Positions 30,141-38,391 of a stretch of DNA of 64,000 bases are shown in pieces; the first letter of the stretch is position 1, and the number at the start of each line of letters is the position of its first letter. The stretch spans positions 19,698 to 83,697 of IMG/VR virus record IMGVR_UViG_3300020446_001892; one strand, given 5' to 3'. Origin of the DNA: a virus. Made by a program: the position numbers and the translations under genes. The notes beneath the pieces are model-generated. The model was not told the origin of the DNA. It searched no databases and saw nothing but the letters and a program-made list of their open reading frames with translations.

Positions 30141-30740
30141 TTATTTTTCATCTTCACTTACTTTTTTACTTATCATTTTGTGGATGCCTGGATTGATTTC
30201 TAATGCATGAGGCATAAAATGATGTCTAATATAATTTCTCCTAAACCCAGTGTCATCATTACTAGGATCAACAAGATAAGGAACATTATGCATATGAGCC
30301 CAAAGTTCAAAATCACGTTTTCTTGTTTTTCTAAAAGGCCTAACAATATGATTTCTACGATACGGAATAATCTTCCCCTCACCATGTAATGAACTAAACA
30401 ACCAAGTTTCTACACAATCATCTAAATGATGACACGTAATGATAGGATAATCATTATGTCTTTCTAAAAAATTGTATCTTTTTTCTCTCCAATAATCCTC
30501 TCTACTTCTGCCTGGAGGTATAGTGCCTTTTGTATAATCATGAAAAAACTCTAGGTCATTATCTCTACAATATTTTGTTACAAATGCATGAGCATCTTCA
30601 GCATGTGCAGTACCATGATGAAAATGATACACAGTAATTTCATGATTTCTTTTCAAAAAATCTAATGCGGACATGCTATCAACTCCGCCACTTACAGCCA
30701 CACCGATCTTACGTGGCAATTTTCCTTGCAATTTGATCAT
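30141..30740 (-). CDS. tilS: tRNA(Ile)-lysidine synthetase, short catalytic-domain form
   Basis: PP-loop SGGVDS, RY, HHLDD..ET, RP, DPSN, RNYIR. Confidence 0.88.
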   Translation of the reverse strand: MIKLQGKLPRKIGVAVSGGVDSMSALDFLKRNHEITVYHFHHGTAHAEDAHAFVTKYCRDNDLEFFHDYTKGTIPPGRSREDYWREKRYNFLERHNDYPIITCHHLDDCVETWLFSSLHGEGKIIPYRRNHIVRPFRKTRKRDFELWAHMHNVPYLVDPSNDDTGFRRNYIRHHFMPHALEINPGIHKMISKKVSEDEK

Positions 30741-31450
30741 TATACTTTATATAATTTTACGTAATTTAGACGTGTTTCATTTGCACTGAATAATTTATTT
30801 TGTGTTTGACTTTTAACTTTTGCTTTAACACGTTTCATTGTGCCTACTTCATGTTCAAATTTATTCATAAATGAAACTAGATTACCGTCCATGACAGCCA
30901 CATAGTTATATGACTCCCATTGTGAACTATATCTTTTATCTAGAATTTTAATAACACCTTCAACATCATCTTTTGCCTTACCGAGGTATTGACTGTCTCG
31001 ATATTCGACCCTAATTTCTTTTTTTAATCCTGTTTCATGTTTATCACGTATTACAAATTCAGGAAGAAATGCTACACGGCCTAGGTTGTTAAATGCCACA
31101 GTATCAGTTGATACACTTTCAATCATGTCTCGTTTGAATTCATCTAGATCACCCAACCCAAGCATTACATATCTTTTCATCCATTTTTTAATTTCAGCGG
31201 CATGTTCATAATCTTGTTCAATGGGCTTGAACATAACAAAATCTGGATCAACGTATTGATTTGCTTTATTAGCAAAATAAAATTTAACCATTTCTTTGTT
31301 ACCATGTTCTGTAGGCTTGTCTTCAGAAAAGCGTTGTGTATGCTTTTGATAACCACTTCTGATTCTATGTGCCGCACAAGCCACTGCAAGTGCATCTTGT
31401 GTTAAAACAGTTTTTAGTGGTACTGAATCTTTTGTAATAAATGTCATCAT
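30740..31450 (-). CDS. Hypothetical early protein, possible C-terminal OB fold
   Basis: Own sigma70 promoter; ...KAKVK...ETRLNYVK C-terminus. Confidence 0.55.
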   Translation of the reverse strand: MMTFITKDSVPLKTVLTQDALAVACAAHRIRSGYQKHTQRFSEDKPTEHGNKEMVKFYFANKANQYVDPDFVMFKPIEQDYEHAAEIKKWMKRYVMLGLGDLDEFKRDMIESVSTDTVAFNNLGRVAFLPEFVIRDKHETGLKKEIRVEYRDSQYLGKAKDDVEGVIKILDKRYSSQWESYNYVAVMDGNLVSFMNKFEHEVGTMKRVKAKVKSQTQNKLFSANETRLNYVKLYKV

Positions 31451-31463
31451 CGTGTTGCCTTTC

Positions 31464-31479
31464 TTTGCCTCATTGTTTA
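31464..31479. repeat. 16-bp direct repeat, copy 1 (TTTGCCTCATTGTTTA)
   Basis: Identical to 33486-33501. Confidence 0.85.
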
Positions 31480-31491
31480 CTTAATATAGCA

Positions 31492-31953
31492 TCAACTATA
31501 ATAAATGTCAATCATTCCTTTATAGAAAGTATCCAATTCTTCTTTTGATCCCATATCGCTTTTAAATTGATTTGCTTTTCTGCACACTATTACATAATTG
31601 CTAATAACATCTTTCCCACCTAGTGATCTTGCAACTTTATGATCAACAGTAGGTTGAAAAAATCCATCATAATTATCTATATTAGGGTTAGTGACTTTGT
31701 TGCGGCCGCGGCCATAATCTAACGGAGTGCCAAAAATAGGACATACGTCTGGTGCAATTTTAGCAAGTGAAAACGGATCACCTTCCCATTTTACAGTGTG
31801 TGCCCAGATTAATTTTAAAAATTGATCTTGTTTTGTAGATTTCTTAAACATTTCAAAAAATGTGCCGTATGTGCTTGCATCATCTTGTGGATGAAATCTA
31901 CGTGAGGAGAGAGCTCGTAAGCCCTCTTCTCTAATTTTGACTAAGTCTGCCAT
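31492..31953 (-). CDS. HNH-family endonuclease-like protein
   Basis: CPIFG; PTVDHKVARSLGG...SNYVIVCRKANQFK. Confidence 0.72.
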   Translation of the reverse strand: MADLVKIREEGLRALSSRRFHPQDDASTYGTFFEMFKKSTKQDQFLKLIWAHTVKWEGDPFSLAKIAPDVCPIFGTPLDYGRGRNKVTNPNIDNYDGFFQPTVDHKVARSLGGKDVISNYVIVCRKANQFKSDMGSKEELDTFYKGMIDIYYS

Positions 31954-33408
31954 TTACATAAACTCCGCAAACTTATCTTCTTGATGTTTTTGTGCTTTAT
32001 TATTGAATGTGTTCACGTCAATAATACTTGTGTACTCAGCAACTTTGCCATTTGTATCTGTGTAAACATAAGGCATATCTATAGTAAAATCTAAGCCGCC
32101 TTTTTCGACAACAGGCAACAAGATATCATAACCTTTTTGTTTGCCCGGCTGTGCTTGAATGTGAGCTTCTCGATTATCTACAAGCGACTTGATTGCTGCC
32201 GCAATCATTAGTCCTCGATTACCGCCTGAAGTAAAGCGATGATCCTTCCATTCCGTGTATTTGCCTGATTTTGTTTTTTCAGGATATTGAGCTCTAATGC
32301 CTTTTAAAACATCTGACCATACCTTACTGCTCGAACTCCAACGTTCGCTCATAACTTGGCCAATCTTAATAAGTAAGTCATCAGTTACAGACTTTTTAGG
32401 CATTTGGGAAAACAATTCTGTCAAGCCCCATACAGGTGCATGATCGATTGCACTGAAGTGCCAAGCATTCCGTACACATTTTAAAGCCATTTCAAATGCA
32501 AATCTATTAGAATAATTGTCTTTACAAAACTCTTTGAAATGTTTTTGCATATGAGCAGTGTGTTTTGTTTCACCTGCACCTGGTGTTGCACTTTCTGGTA
32601 CAGGAGTAATATTTACATTGTCAAATACTCGCATAAGATTGTATGCAGGTTGATCTTCTAACTTTACATCAAGTCCTGCTTGAAGCATTGCTCTTGCACG
32701 ATTGTTACGAACTTTTACAAAGTCGTAATCTGTAATTGGCACAACATCTGCATTACACGCCAAGAACTGATTAAAATCAATGTAAGGCATGTCCTTCATA
32801 CTAAAACCTACAATAAGTGTTTTCACTCCGTGTAGTGCTAGTGCCATAGAACCTTGCATACCGTCATTTAAAAACACACGTTCTTCGTCTGATGCATAAC
32901 GTCCTTTTGCACCAAAAACAAGACTGCTATCAAAGTTCATTGCAATTTCAAACATACGCCACAAGTAAATGACTCGTTGTGCTTTCATATTCATAGCGAC
33001 AAGTGTTTGATCCACAGCCAAACCATTCATCACTGCTTCATCTAAATTATATGATTGAAGTTGCACACCGTATAGTACAGGCTTACCTGTTTCAGGATCA
33101 ATGATAGCATGGAGAGCATCTAGTGCCATTTTAAATGCAGTTACAAAGTCTACAGTGCCCATTGACTCTAAATTAAGGGCACCTTTGCTAACATTTAGAT
33201 TCGGTACATTTGCACGTTTAATTAACGATAGCTTTCTTTGATAATCTTCAGGTTCAAGAAATTTAATAGGTGTCCGTTGTTCTTCCGGACCAAAGAAGAT
33301 TGAAAGATCTTCTCCATAGGCGGATTTGATGCTGTCAGCATATCCAAAGTTAATTGATTGTTTCCAGTTGTCTACATAATTGAATAGACTTACATAAGGT
33401 TCACGCAT
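31954..33408 (-). CDS. ParB/DUF262/DndB-like domain protein
   Basis: AQR...NFD...FLNDGMQ...AL...F..CN resembles the YQR/DGQH/FxxxN signature (degenerate). Confidence 0.45.
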   Translation of the reverse strand: MREPYVSLFNYVDNWKQSINFGYADSIKSAYGEDLSIFFGPEEQRTPIKFLEPEDYQRKLSLIKRANVPNLNVSKGALNLESMGTVDFVTAFKMALDALHAIIDPETGKPVLYGVQLQSYNLDEAVMNGLAVDQTLVAMNMKAQRVIYLWRMFEIAMNFDSSLVFGAKGRYASDEERVFLNDGMQGSMALALHGVKTLIVGFSMKDMPYIDFNQFLACNADVVPITDYDFVKVRNNRARAMLQAGLDVKLEDQPAYNLMRVFDNVNITPVPESATPGAGETKHTAHMQKHFKEFCKDNYSNRFAFEMALKCVRNAWHFSAIDHAPVWGLTELFSQMPKKSVTDDLLIKIGQVMSERWSSSSKVWSDVLKGIRAQYPEKTKSGKYTEWKDHRFTSGGNRGLMIAAAIKSLVDNREAHIQAQPGKQKGYDILLPVVEKGGLDFTIDMPYVYTDTNGKVAEYTSIIDVNTFNNKAQKHQEDKFAEFM

Positions 33409-33485
33409 TGTTTTCTCCTTTTAGCGTTTCAAATTATAGGAACGTTTCTATGTTCCATATACAACAGGCTCATCGCAATTGAATT

Positions 33486-33501
33486 TTTGCCTCATTGTTT
33501 A
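33486..33501. repeat. 16-bp direct repeat, copy 2
   Basis: Identical to 31464-31479. Confidence 0.85.
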
Positions 33502-33529
33502 TTAATAATAACATTATATTTTATTTTTG

Positions 33530-34576
33530 TCAACTAAAAAGTTGCCCGAAGGTATTATCCGCTTGTGCCATTGCACCATAATCAGTTGCTTCATGTACTT
33601 CTTTTGGCACAAATAAACGGTCCATATACTTCTTAATTTGTCTATGTTTCATTCCTATGTCTTGTCCGAAAAACATGCCTCTTTGATCTGCGTTTGCAGG
33701 ACGTCTTACAGCACTTACGCATACATAATCATATTTTGCCATGTAATCATATAAGTCTTGTGGATCATACCCAAACAATTGGCATTGCTTAGGAACTATT
33801 TCAACTTGTACACTAGGACGACATCGTTCAATTGTGTCTTTTGCACCTTGCATAACTAATAGTTCACTTCCTTCTACATCAATTTTAATTGCATTTACGT
33901 CTTGAAAATTGTAACTGTCAATAGTTCTTGCAGGGACAGGAACTAAATTTTGACTTTCGCGAAGTTTAAGTTTGTCACTGTTTAATACAACATGATTGTG
34001 TCCACCGTGATCTGTATGATCCAAAATATCAATTGTGCCTTCATTTCGATTAGTTGCGGCAACTTCATGTACAGTAATATTAGCAACAACATCCATAGGT
34101 TGATGTACACCTTTGTAAGTATACCAACCTGATGTTGCTAATTCGTCACGATATAGATCACCTTCTTGATCTGTGCCTTTCCAATACACGCCTTTCAGTT
34201 TTTGTTGCTTTGCTATTGCAATATTTGCCTTCAACATTTTAAGTGTAGTTGGCGTAGGCTCAAAAGATTCAACATTTTCTGCCCATTCACTATAGGCGAT
34301 AGTGTTATTACCTACATTTGCACCAACATCTACAATGCGTTTTGCATTAGGATATATAGTCCGTATCAGCCTTGAATTATTTCCTTGATAGTATACATTG
34401 TTGCCACTGAAACGTGGACCTTGTAGATTATCGTGTGCAAGTAACCAATAACAACGGCCAAACTTGTTTACAACGAGCCTAAACATTGGATCATTGTATA
34501 ATCCACTTGCTTCGGCAAAATTAAAATTTTCTTTGAATTGTTTTGCTGAGATTTCAGCTGTAATTTTTTGCGGCAT
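33530..34576 (-). CDS. FkbM-family SAM methyltransferase
   Basis: VDVGANVG, SFEP, IKIDVEGSE..V..GA. Confidence 0.88.
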   Translation of the reverse strand: MPQKITAEISAKQFKENFNFAEASGLYNDPMFRLVVNKFGRCYWLLAHDNLQGPRFSGNNVYYQGNNSRLIRTIYPNAKRIVDVGANVGNNTIAYSEWAENVESFEPTPTTLKMLKANIAIAKQQKLKGVYWKGTDQEGDLYRDELATSGWYTYKGVHQPMDVVANITVHEVAATNRNEGTIDILDHTDHGGHNHVVLNSDKLKLRESQNLVPVPARTIDSYNFQDVNAIKIDVEGSELLVMQGAKDTIERCRPSVQVEIVPKQCQLFGYDPQDLYDYMAKYDYVCVSAVRRPANADQRGMFFGQDIGMKHRQIKKYMDRLFVPKEVHEATDYGAMAQADNTFGQLFS

Positions 34577-34610
34577 GTTAATTCTCCCTTAACCAATTTT
34601 CGCTTTTGTA

Positions 34611-35078
34611 TTACTTATCGTGTGTCCACTTAAGGTGTCCTAATTTATGATGCTCAGCCCATTGGATGAACAATCCACATTCTCTACCATGTGCTTCTAT
34701 TTCCCAAGGTTGATCCCAGTAGCCTGGTTCTTTAGTAAGCCACTTGCCTTGCCATCTGTGTTTGTTGGTCCGCGAACTTTCATATAGTTCACCACGAGCA
34801 AATTGTTTTGCATGCACCATTTCATGTGCAACAGTTTCTAGCATCCTACGAAGTTTTGCTTGATTGTTTATTTCAATATCAAACTCTCTAGGACGATGAC
34901 TATCTGCATAGTCTGTAGGAATACAATATCCCCAACTGTCGTCTTTCCCAAAAGGCTTGATACCTATATTAAATTCTAAATTCTGCATACGTGGCATCAT
35001 TTTTGAAACACAAAATTCAACCATACTTTTGACGTATTTTTTTTGTGATCTACTTCCACCGCGAACTGAAATAAGCAT
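34611..35078 (-). CDS. HExxH metallopeptidase-like protein
   Basis: AHEMVHAKQ...PWEIEA. Confidence 0.75.
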   Translation of the reverse strand: MLISVRGGSRSQKKYVKSMVEFCVSKMMPRMQNLEFNIGIKPFGKDDSWGYCIPTDYADSHRPREFDIEINNQAKLRRMLETVAHEMVHAKQFARGELYESSRTNKHRWQGKWLTKEPGYWDQPWEIEAHGRECGLFIQWAEHHKLGHLKWTHDK

Positions 35079-35145
35079 ACAATTACTCCTAAGTATTTAC
35101 TCATTTAGTATAACAAAAGTTGTACTGTATGTCAAGTAATTTGGC

Positions 35146-35361
35146 TTACAAACGGTAGGAAATACGCCCTTTTTGTAAATCGTAGGGTGTCATTTCTACC
35201 AAAACCTTGTCTCCAGCTACTAATCTTATGCGATTTTGACGCATTTTGCCCCCTGTATAGCAGGTAATTGTATGTCCATTTTCTAGTTGTACTTTAAAAG
35301 TTTGACTTGGCAAAACATCAGTAATTTCGCCTTTTATTTCTATTATACCCTCTTTACTCAT
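35146..35361 (-). CDS. infA: Translation initiation factor IF-1
   Basis: MSKEGIIE...LENGH...GKMRQNRIR...GDKV.VE.TPYDL.KGRI.YR. Confidence 0.96.
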   Translation of the reverse strand: MSKEGIIEIKGEITDVLPSQTFKVQLENGHTITCYTGGKMRQNRIRLVAGDKVLVEMTPYDLQKGRISYRL

Positions 35362-35542
35362 TATCCTTCATTTCTTCAATGATAATGGTACCTTGATCGC
35401 CCCATTTCACTTTAATTTTTGTTCCTTCAGTCCAACCCTGTTTTTTCATTATTGGTTCAGGTATTGTCATTATAACTTTTTTTTCGTCGCCCGGAACATC
35501 TTTAAATATTTCATCGGCTTTAAATTCTAACATATTAGTCAT
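35354..35542 (-). CDS. AbrB/MazE-like small protein
   Basis: [19 protein letters not shown] pattern. Confidence 0.5.
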   Translation of the reverse strand: MTNMLEFKADEIFKDVPGDEKKVIMTIPEPIMKKQGWTEGTKIKVKWGDQGTIIIEEMKDNE

Positions 35543-35563
35543 TACTCCTTGCTAAATATTTAT

Positions 35564-35968
35564 ATGAAGGACGCTTATACCAATGCCTTTTACGGTATAA
35601 TACGCGAAACTCAAGATACACATGGTTATGAATTACCACAACATCTTGAGGCCTATATCGTTATGCTTCTTGCACAACATACAGACCGTCCTAACTTTGA
35701 ACCTACAAAAAGTTTTGCAGAACAATACCTACAATTAAGTTCTAGAATGGATGCAAAAACATTAGGAGATACCTGTCTTTTTGTTACTGGTGTGTTTCCT
35801 AATTATAGAAAGATGAAGAGATCATATTATCAAAATATCGGAATAGGTTCATATTCAAGTATGCATGGAGAACTGTTTGAACAACTTGCCAAACATTTTA
35901 ATTTTTTAGGAGATTTTATTAGTTTAAGTGTTAGGACTATTAAATTTCCATATCGGCCGCTACAATAA
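35564..35968 (+). CDS. Hypothetical protein
   Basis: TAAATA 5 nt before the ATG; GDTCLFVTGVFP. Confidence 0.6.
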   Translation: MKDAYTNAFYGIIRETQDTHGYELPQHLEAYIVMLLAQHTDRPNFEPTKSFAEQYLQLSSRMDAKTLGDTCLFVTGVFPNYRKMKRSYYQNIGIGSYSSMHGELFEQLAKHFNFLGDFISLSVRTIKFPYRPLQ

Positions 35969-36482
35969 ATCTACTATTTTTTGATGATAATATTCCTGGT
36001 CTATGCCAAGTTTTACCAGGAAATATAATCCAACTACCAATACGCATTTCTGCAAAATATTTTCCAGCACCTTCTACGCCACTAGGAGCAAATTCTGTGC
36101 CTGATGTGCTTATATCTATACTATCGTCTGGTTGATTCAAATAAAACACACCACTGACAACTAAATTTTGATCCCTTACATGTTGATGCCAATAAATGTC
36201 CCTGTCTTCTTGTGTATCTAAGTTAGTCATGTATCCCCAACTTTTGATACTTTTAATTTGTGCTTCTTTACTCATGAAAGCAAAGCAAGACCAGATAAAG
36301 CTCATTTTTAAATTGATCCAATGATCTGAATTCAATCCAAATATATTAATATTAGTTTGGTAAGGAGGACTGTTATGCCAGAACTTGCCTGCTTTTATTG
36401 TATTTTCTATATCTCTCATCATACATTGACGTGAGTGTTCAGATATTAGATTATTCCAATCGTAGTATTCATGTATTTGCAT
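35940..36482 (-). CDS. 2OG-Fe(II) oxygenase-like protein
   Basis: WHQH...SGVFYL...GTEF...IFPG..WH...R. Confidence 0.7.
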   Translation of the reverse strand: MQIHEYYDWNNLISEHSRQCMMRDIENTIKAGKFWHNSPPYQTNINIFGLNSDHWINLKMSFIWSCFAFMSKEAQIKSIKSWGYMTNLDTQEDRDIYWHQHVRDQNLVVSGVFYLNQPDDSIDISTSGTEFAPSGVEGAGKYFAEMRIGSWIIFPGKTWHRPGILSSKNSRFIVAADMEI

Positions 36483-37015
36483 TATTCACCAGTTAAATAA
36501 GACATACAATTTTCTGGTGTCGTCTGCTCGTATGGATCGCTATCATCACCGTCATTGTTTATTCCTGGTTCCTGCCACCATTTTTCAACTACACCATCTT
36601 TCAGCACACACATATAGCGCCAGCTTCTCATGCCAAAACCTAAATGATTTTTACCTATTAACATGCCCATGTAACGAGTGAAGTTTCCTGATCCATCTGG
36701 AATTACTTTTACATGTTGTAGTTTTTGATCCCTTGCCCAAGCATTCATTACAAATGCATCATTAACACTTATGCAGTATATTTCATCGATATCATGGTTT
36801 CTAATATCATCATAATGTTTTTCAAAACCAGGTAGCTGGTATGTTGAACAAGTTGGAGTAAATGCTCCTGGTAAACTAAACAATACTACACGTTTACCGC
36901 CGAACAATTCATCACTATTAACATCTTGCCAACGAAAAGGATTAGATCCTTCAATATTTTCATCTCTTACCCTTGTGCGAAATGTAACGCAGGGAGGCCG
37001 AAAACCTTCAATCAT
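36482..37015 (-). CDS. Peroxiredoxin (Prx5 type)
   Basis: PGAFTPTCS, SVNDAFVMNAW, RSWRY. Confidence 0.95.
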   Translation of the reverse strand: MIEGFRPPCVTFRTRVRDENIEGSNPFRWQDVNSDELFGGKRVVLFSLPGAFTPTCSTYQLPGFEKHYDDIRNHDIDEIYCISVNDAFVMNAWARDQKLQHVKVIPDGSGNFTRYMGMLIGKNHLGFGMRSWRYMCVLKDGVVEKWWQEPGINNDGDDSDPYEQTTPENCMSYLTGE

Positions 37016-37165
37016 AAATTATCTCCTTATAGATATAGCTGTATTGTAACAAATTACCTAGTAATTGTCAACCTCTAAATGATATATTGTATTTACTATT
37101 ATAGCCAGTATTATTAGCATATTATGACTAAATACTATTAGCAGAGCGTGAGGGCGTTTTTGTAT

Positions 37166-37444
37166 ATGGAATTTTTATCATTTATAGGCGAGGTTGGGTT
37201 TCCGATTGCAGGTGCAATAGCGGCTGGTTTCTTTGTATTCACAACCTTAAAATTTATCCTTAGTAGTGTGACTGGGTCTGTCAACGGCCTAAAAAATATT
37301 GTATCAGCACTAGATAATAGAGTGCAAACAATGAACAATGATTTAGTAAAAATTGATGCATTACTTAGTTATGTTCTTAATGTAAGGCCTAATATAGATA
37401 GGCTGGCTGCCAACGAAGGCAAAGAGGATGCAAGACGTGACTAG
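37166..37444 (+). CDS. Single-TM coiled-coil protein (YvrJ/holin-like), paralogue A
   Basis: GFPIAGA TM helix then amphipathic helix. Confidence 0.6.
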   Translation: MEFLSFIGEVGFPIAGAIAAGFFVFTTLKFILSSVTGSVNGLKNIVSALDNRVQTMNNDLVKIDALLSYVLNVRPNIDRLAANEGKEDARRD

Positions 37445-37769
37445 TGAATTAGCAACAGCGATCAAAGATTTTGGTTTTCCTATTGTAGCCGCGTGTGGTT
37501 TAGCATATTTTGTATATTACGTGTGGAAATGGGTAACTACAGAAATAAATCCTGTAGTAGGCGAAGCAAGTAAAACTTTGATAAAACTTGTTGATAAAGT
37601 TAGAATGCTTGATAACGACATGATAAGATTAAACACCAAATTATCTATGGTGTTAGAATATAGATCAAAACTTAATCCTAAGCGCCAAGACGAACTACAA
37701 AGATTAGTAGATGAATATAAATCTGCTAATGAAAAGTTTGATAGTACAGGAGAGAAAAATGCAAAATAA
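37428..37769 (+). CDS. Single-TM coiled-coil protein, paralogue B
   Basis: GFPIVAA TM helix; LDNDMIRL matches MNNDLVKI of paralogue A. Confidence 0.6.
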   Translation: MQDVTSELATAIKDFGFPIVAACGLAYFVYYVWKWVTTEINPVVGEASKTLIKLVDKVRMLDNDMIRLNTKLSMVLEYRSKLNPKRQDELQRLVDEYKSANEKFDSTGEKNAK

Positions 37770-37938
37770 AAACTTTGTTAAATCCTATGCTGGCATCATT
37801 AAGGATCCAAAAGGGCAAAAAATATTAGAAAGAAACTTTCATTTTTTTAAATTAAAATCTTCTCAGGAAAAAATGCGTGTAATCAAACGTAATTTTGGCG
37901 TCAACGTCTACATTCCGGACAATGAAGATGCAAGGTGA
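37759..37938 (+). CDS. Hypothetical basic protein
   Basis: AGGAG SD. Confidence 0.5.
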   Translation: MQNKNFVKSYAGIIKDPKGQKILERNFHFFKLKSSQEKMRVIKRNFGVNVYIPDNEDAR

Positions 37939-38053
37939 AGAAAGAAAGTGTAAAAAGTGTGGCCACAGTTGCCATTGTTACCAACCAACCTGTGAAGATT
38001 GTGTGAATGACGTCTGCACAGGATGTGACTGCGAGGAGAAATATCATGAGTAA
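37922..38053 (+). CDS. Cys/His-rich metallothionein-like peptide (43 aa)
   Basis: MKMQGEERKCKKCGHSCHCYQPTCEDCVNDVCTGCDCEEKYHE; 9 Cys, 3 His; overlaps both neighbours. Confidence 0.6.
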   Translation: MKMQGEERKCKKCGHSCHCYQPTCEDCVNDVCTGCDCEEKYHE

Positions 38054-38198
38054 ATGGGATGATTGGTATCATAATCAAAATGATGCGACCCAGGCATGGT
38101 TCGACGAACAATCAAAAAAAGATAACAATCTTATCTTAATGAGTATAGGTGTTGGATTCTTTTTTGGTTTTATTGTCGGCGCATTAGTTTTGCTTTGA
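38046..38198 (+). CDS. Small C-terminally anchored membrane protein
   Basis: GAGGAG SD; C-terminal TM. Confidence 0.55.
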   Translation: MSKWDDWYHNQNDATQAWFDEQSKKDNNLILMSIGVGFFFGFIVGALVLL

Positions 38199-38391
38199 TA
38201 TTATTAAGTTCAGATTCTCTACTAGATTGATTGATATCAAGTTTTGGTTCTTTGCGGCCATCTGCATATTTTCCTAAGCCCATAGCCATTTGTGCATCGG
38301 CTATTCTTCTTTTAAGTATTCGCACCCTGTCTTCAAGATCCATTTCATATTGGTCTATTTCTGTATTAACTTTTTTGAATAATCCAAACAT
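38170..38391 (-). CDS. Hypothetical protein
   Basis: TAATG coupling to the cyclase. Confidence 0.5.
   Translation of the reverse strand: MFGLFKKVNTEIDQYEMDLEDRVRILKRRIADAQMAMGLGKYADGRKEPKLDINQSSRESELNNIKAKLMRRQ

Noticed and set aside
33409-33500. Possible hammerhead ribozyme in the leader (GAUGAG...GAAAC)
   Set aside because: Lacks CUGAUGA and the three required stems; only one modest hairpin.
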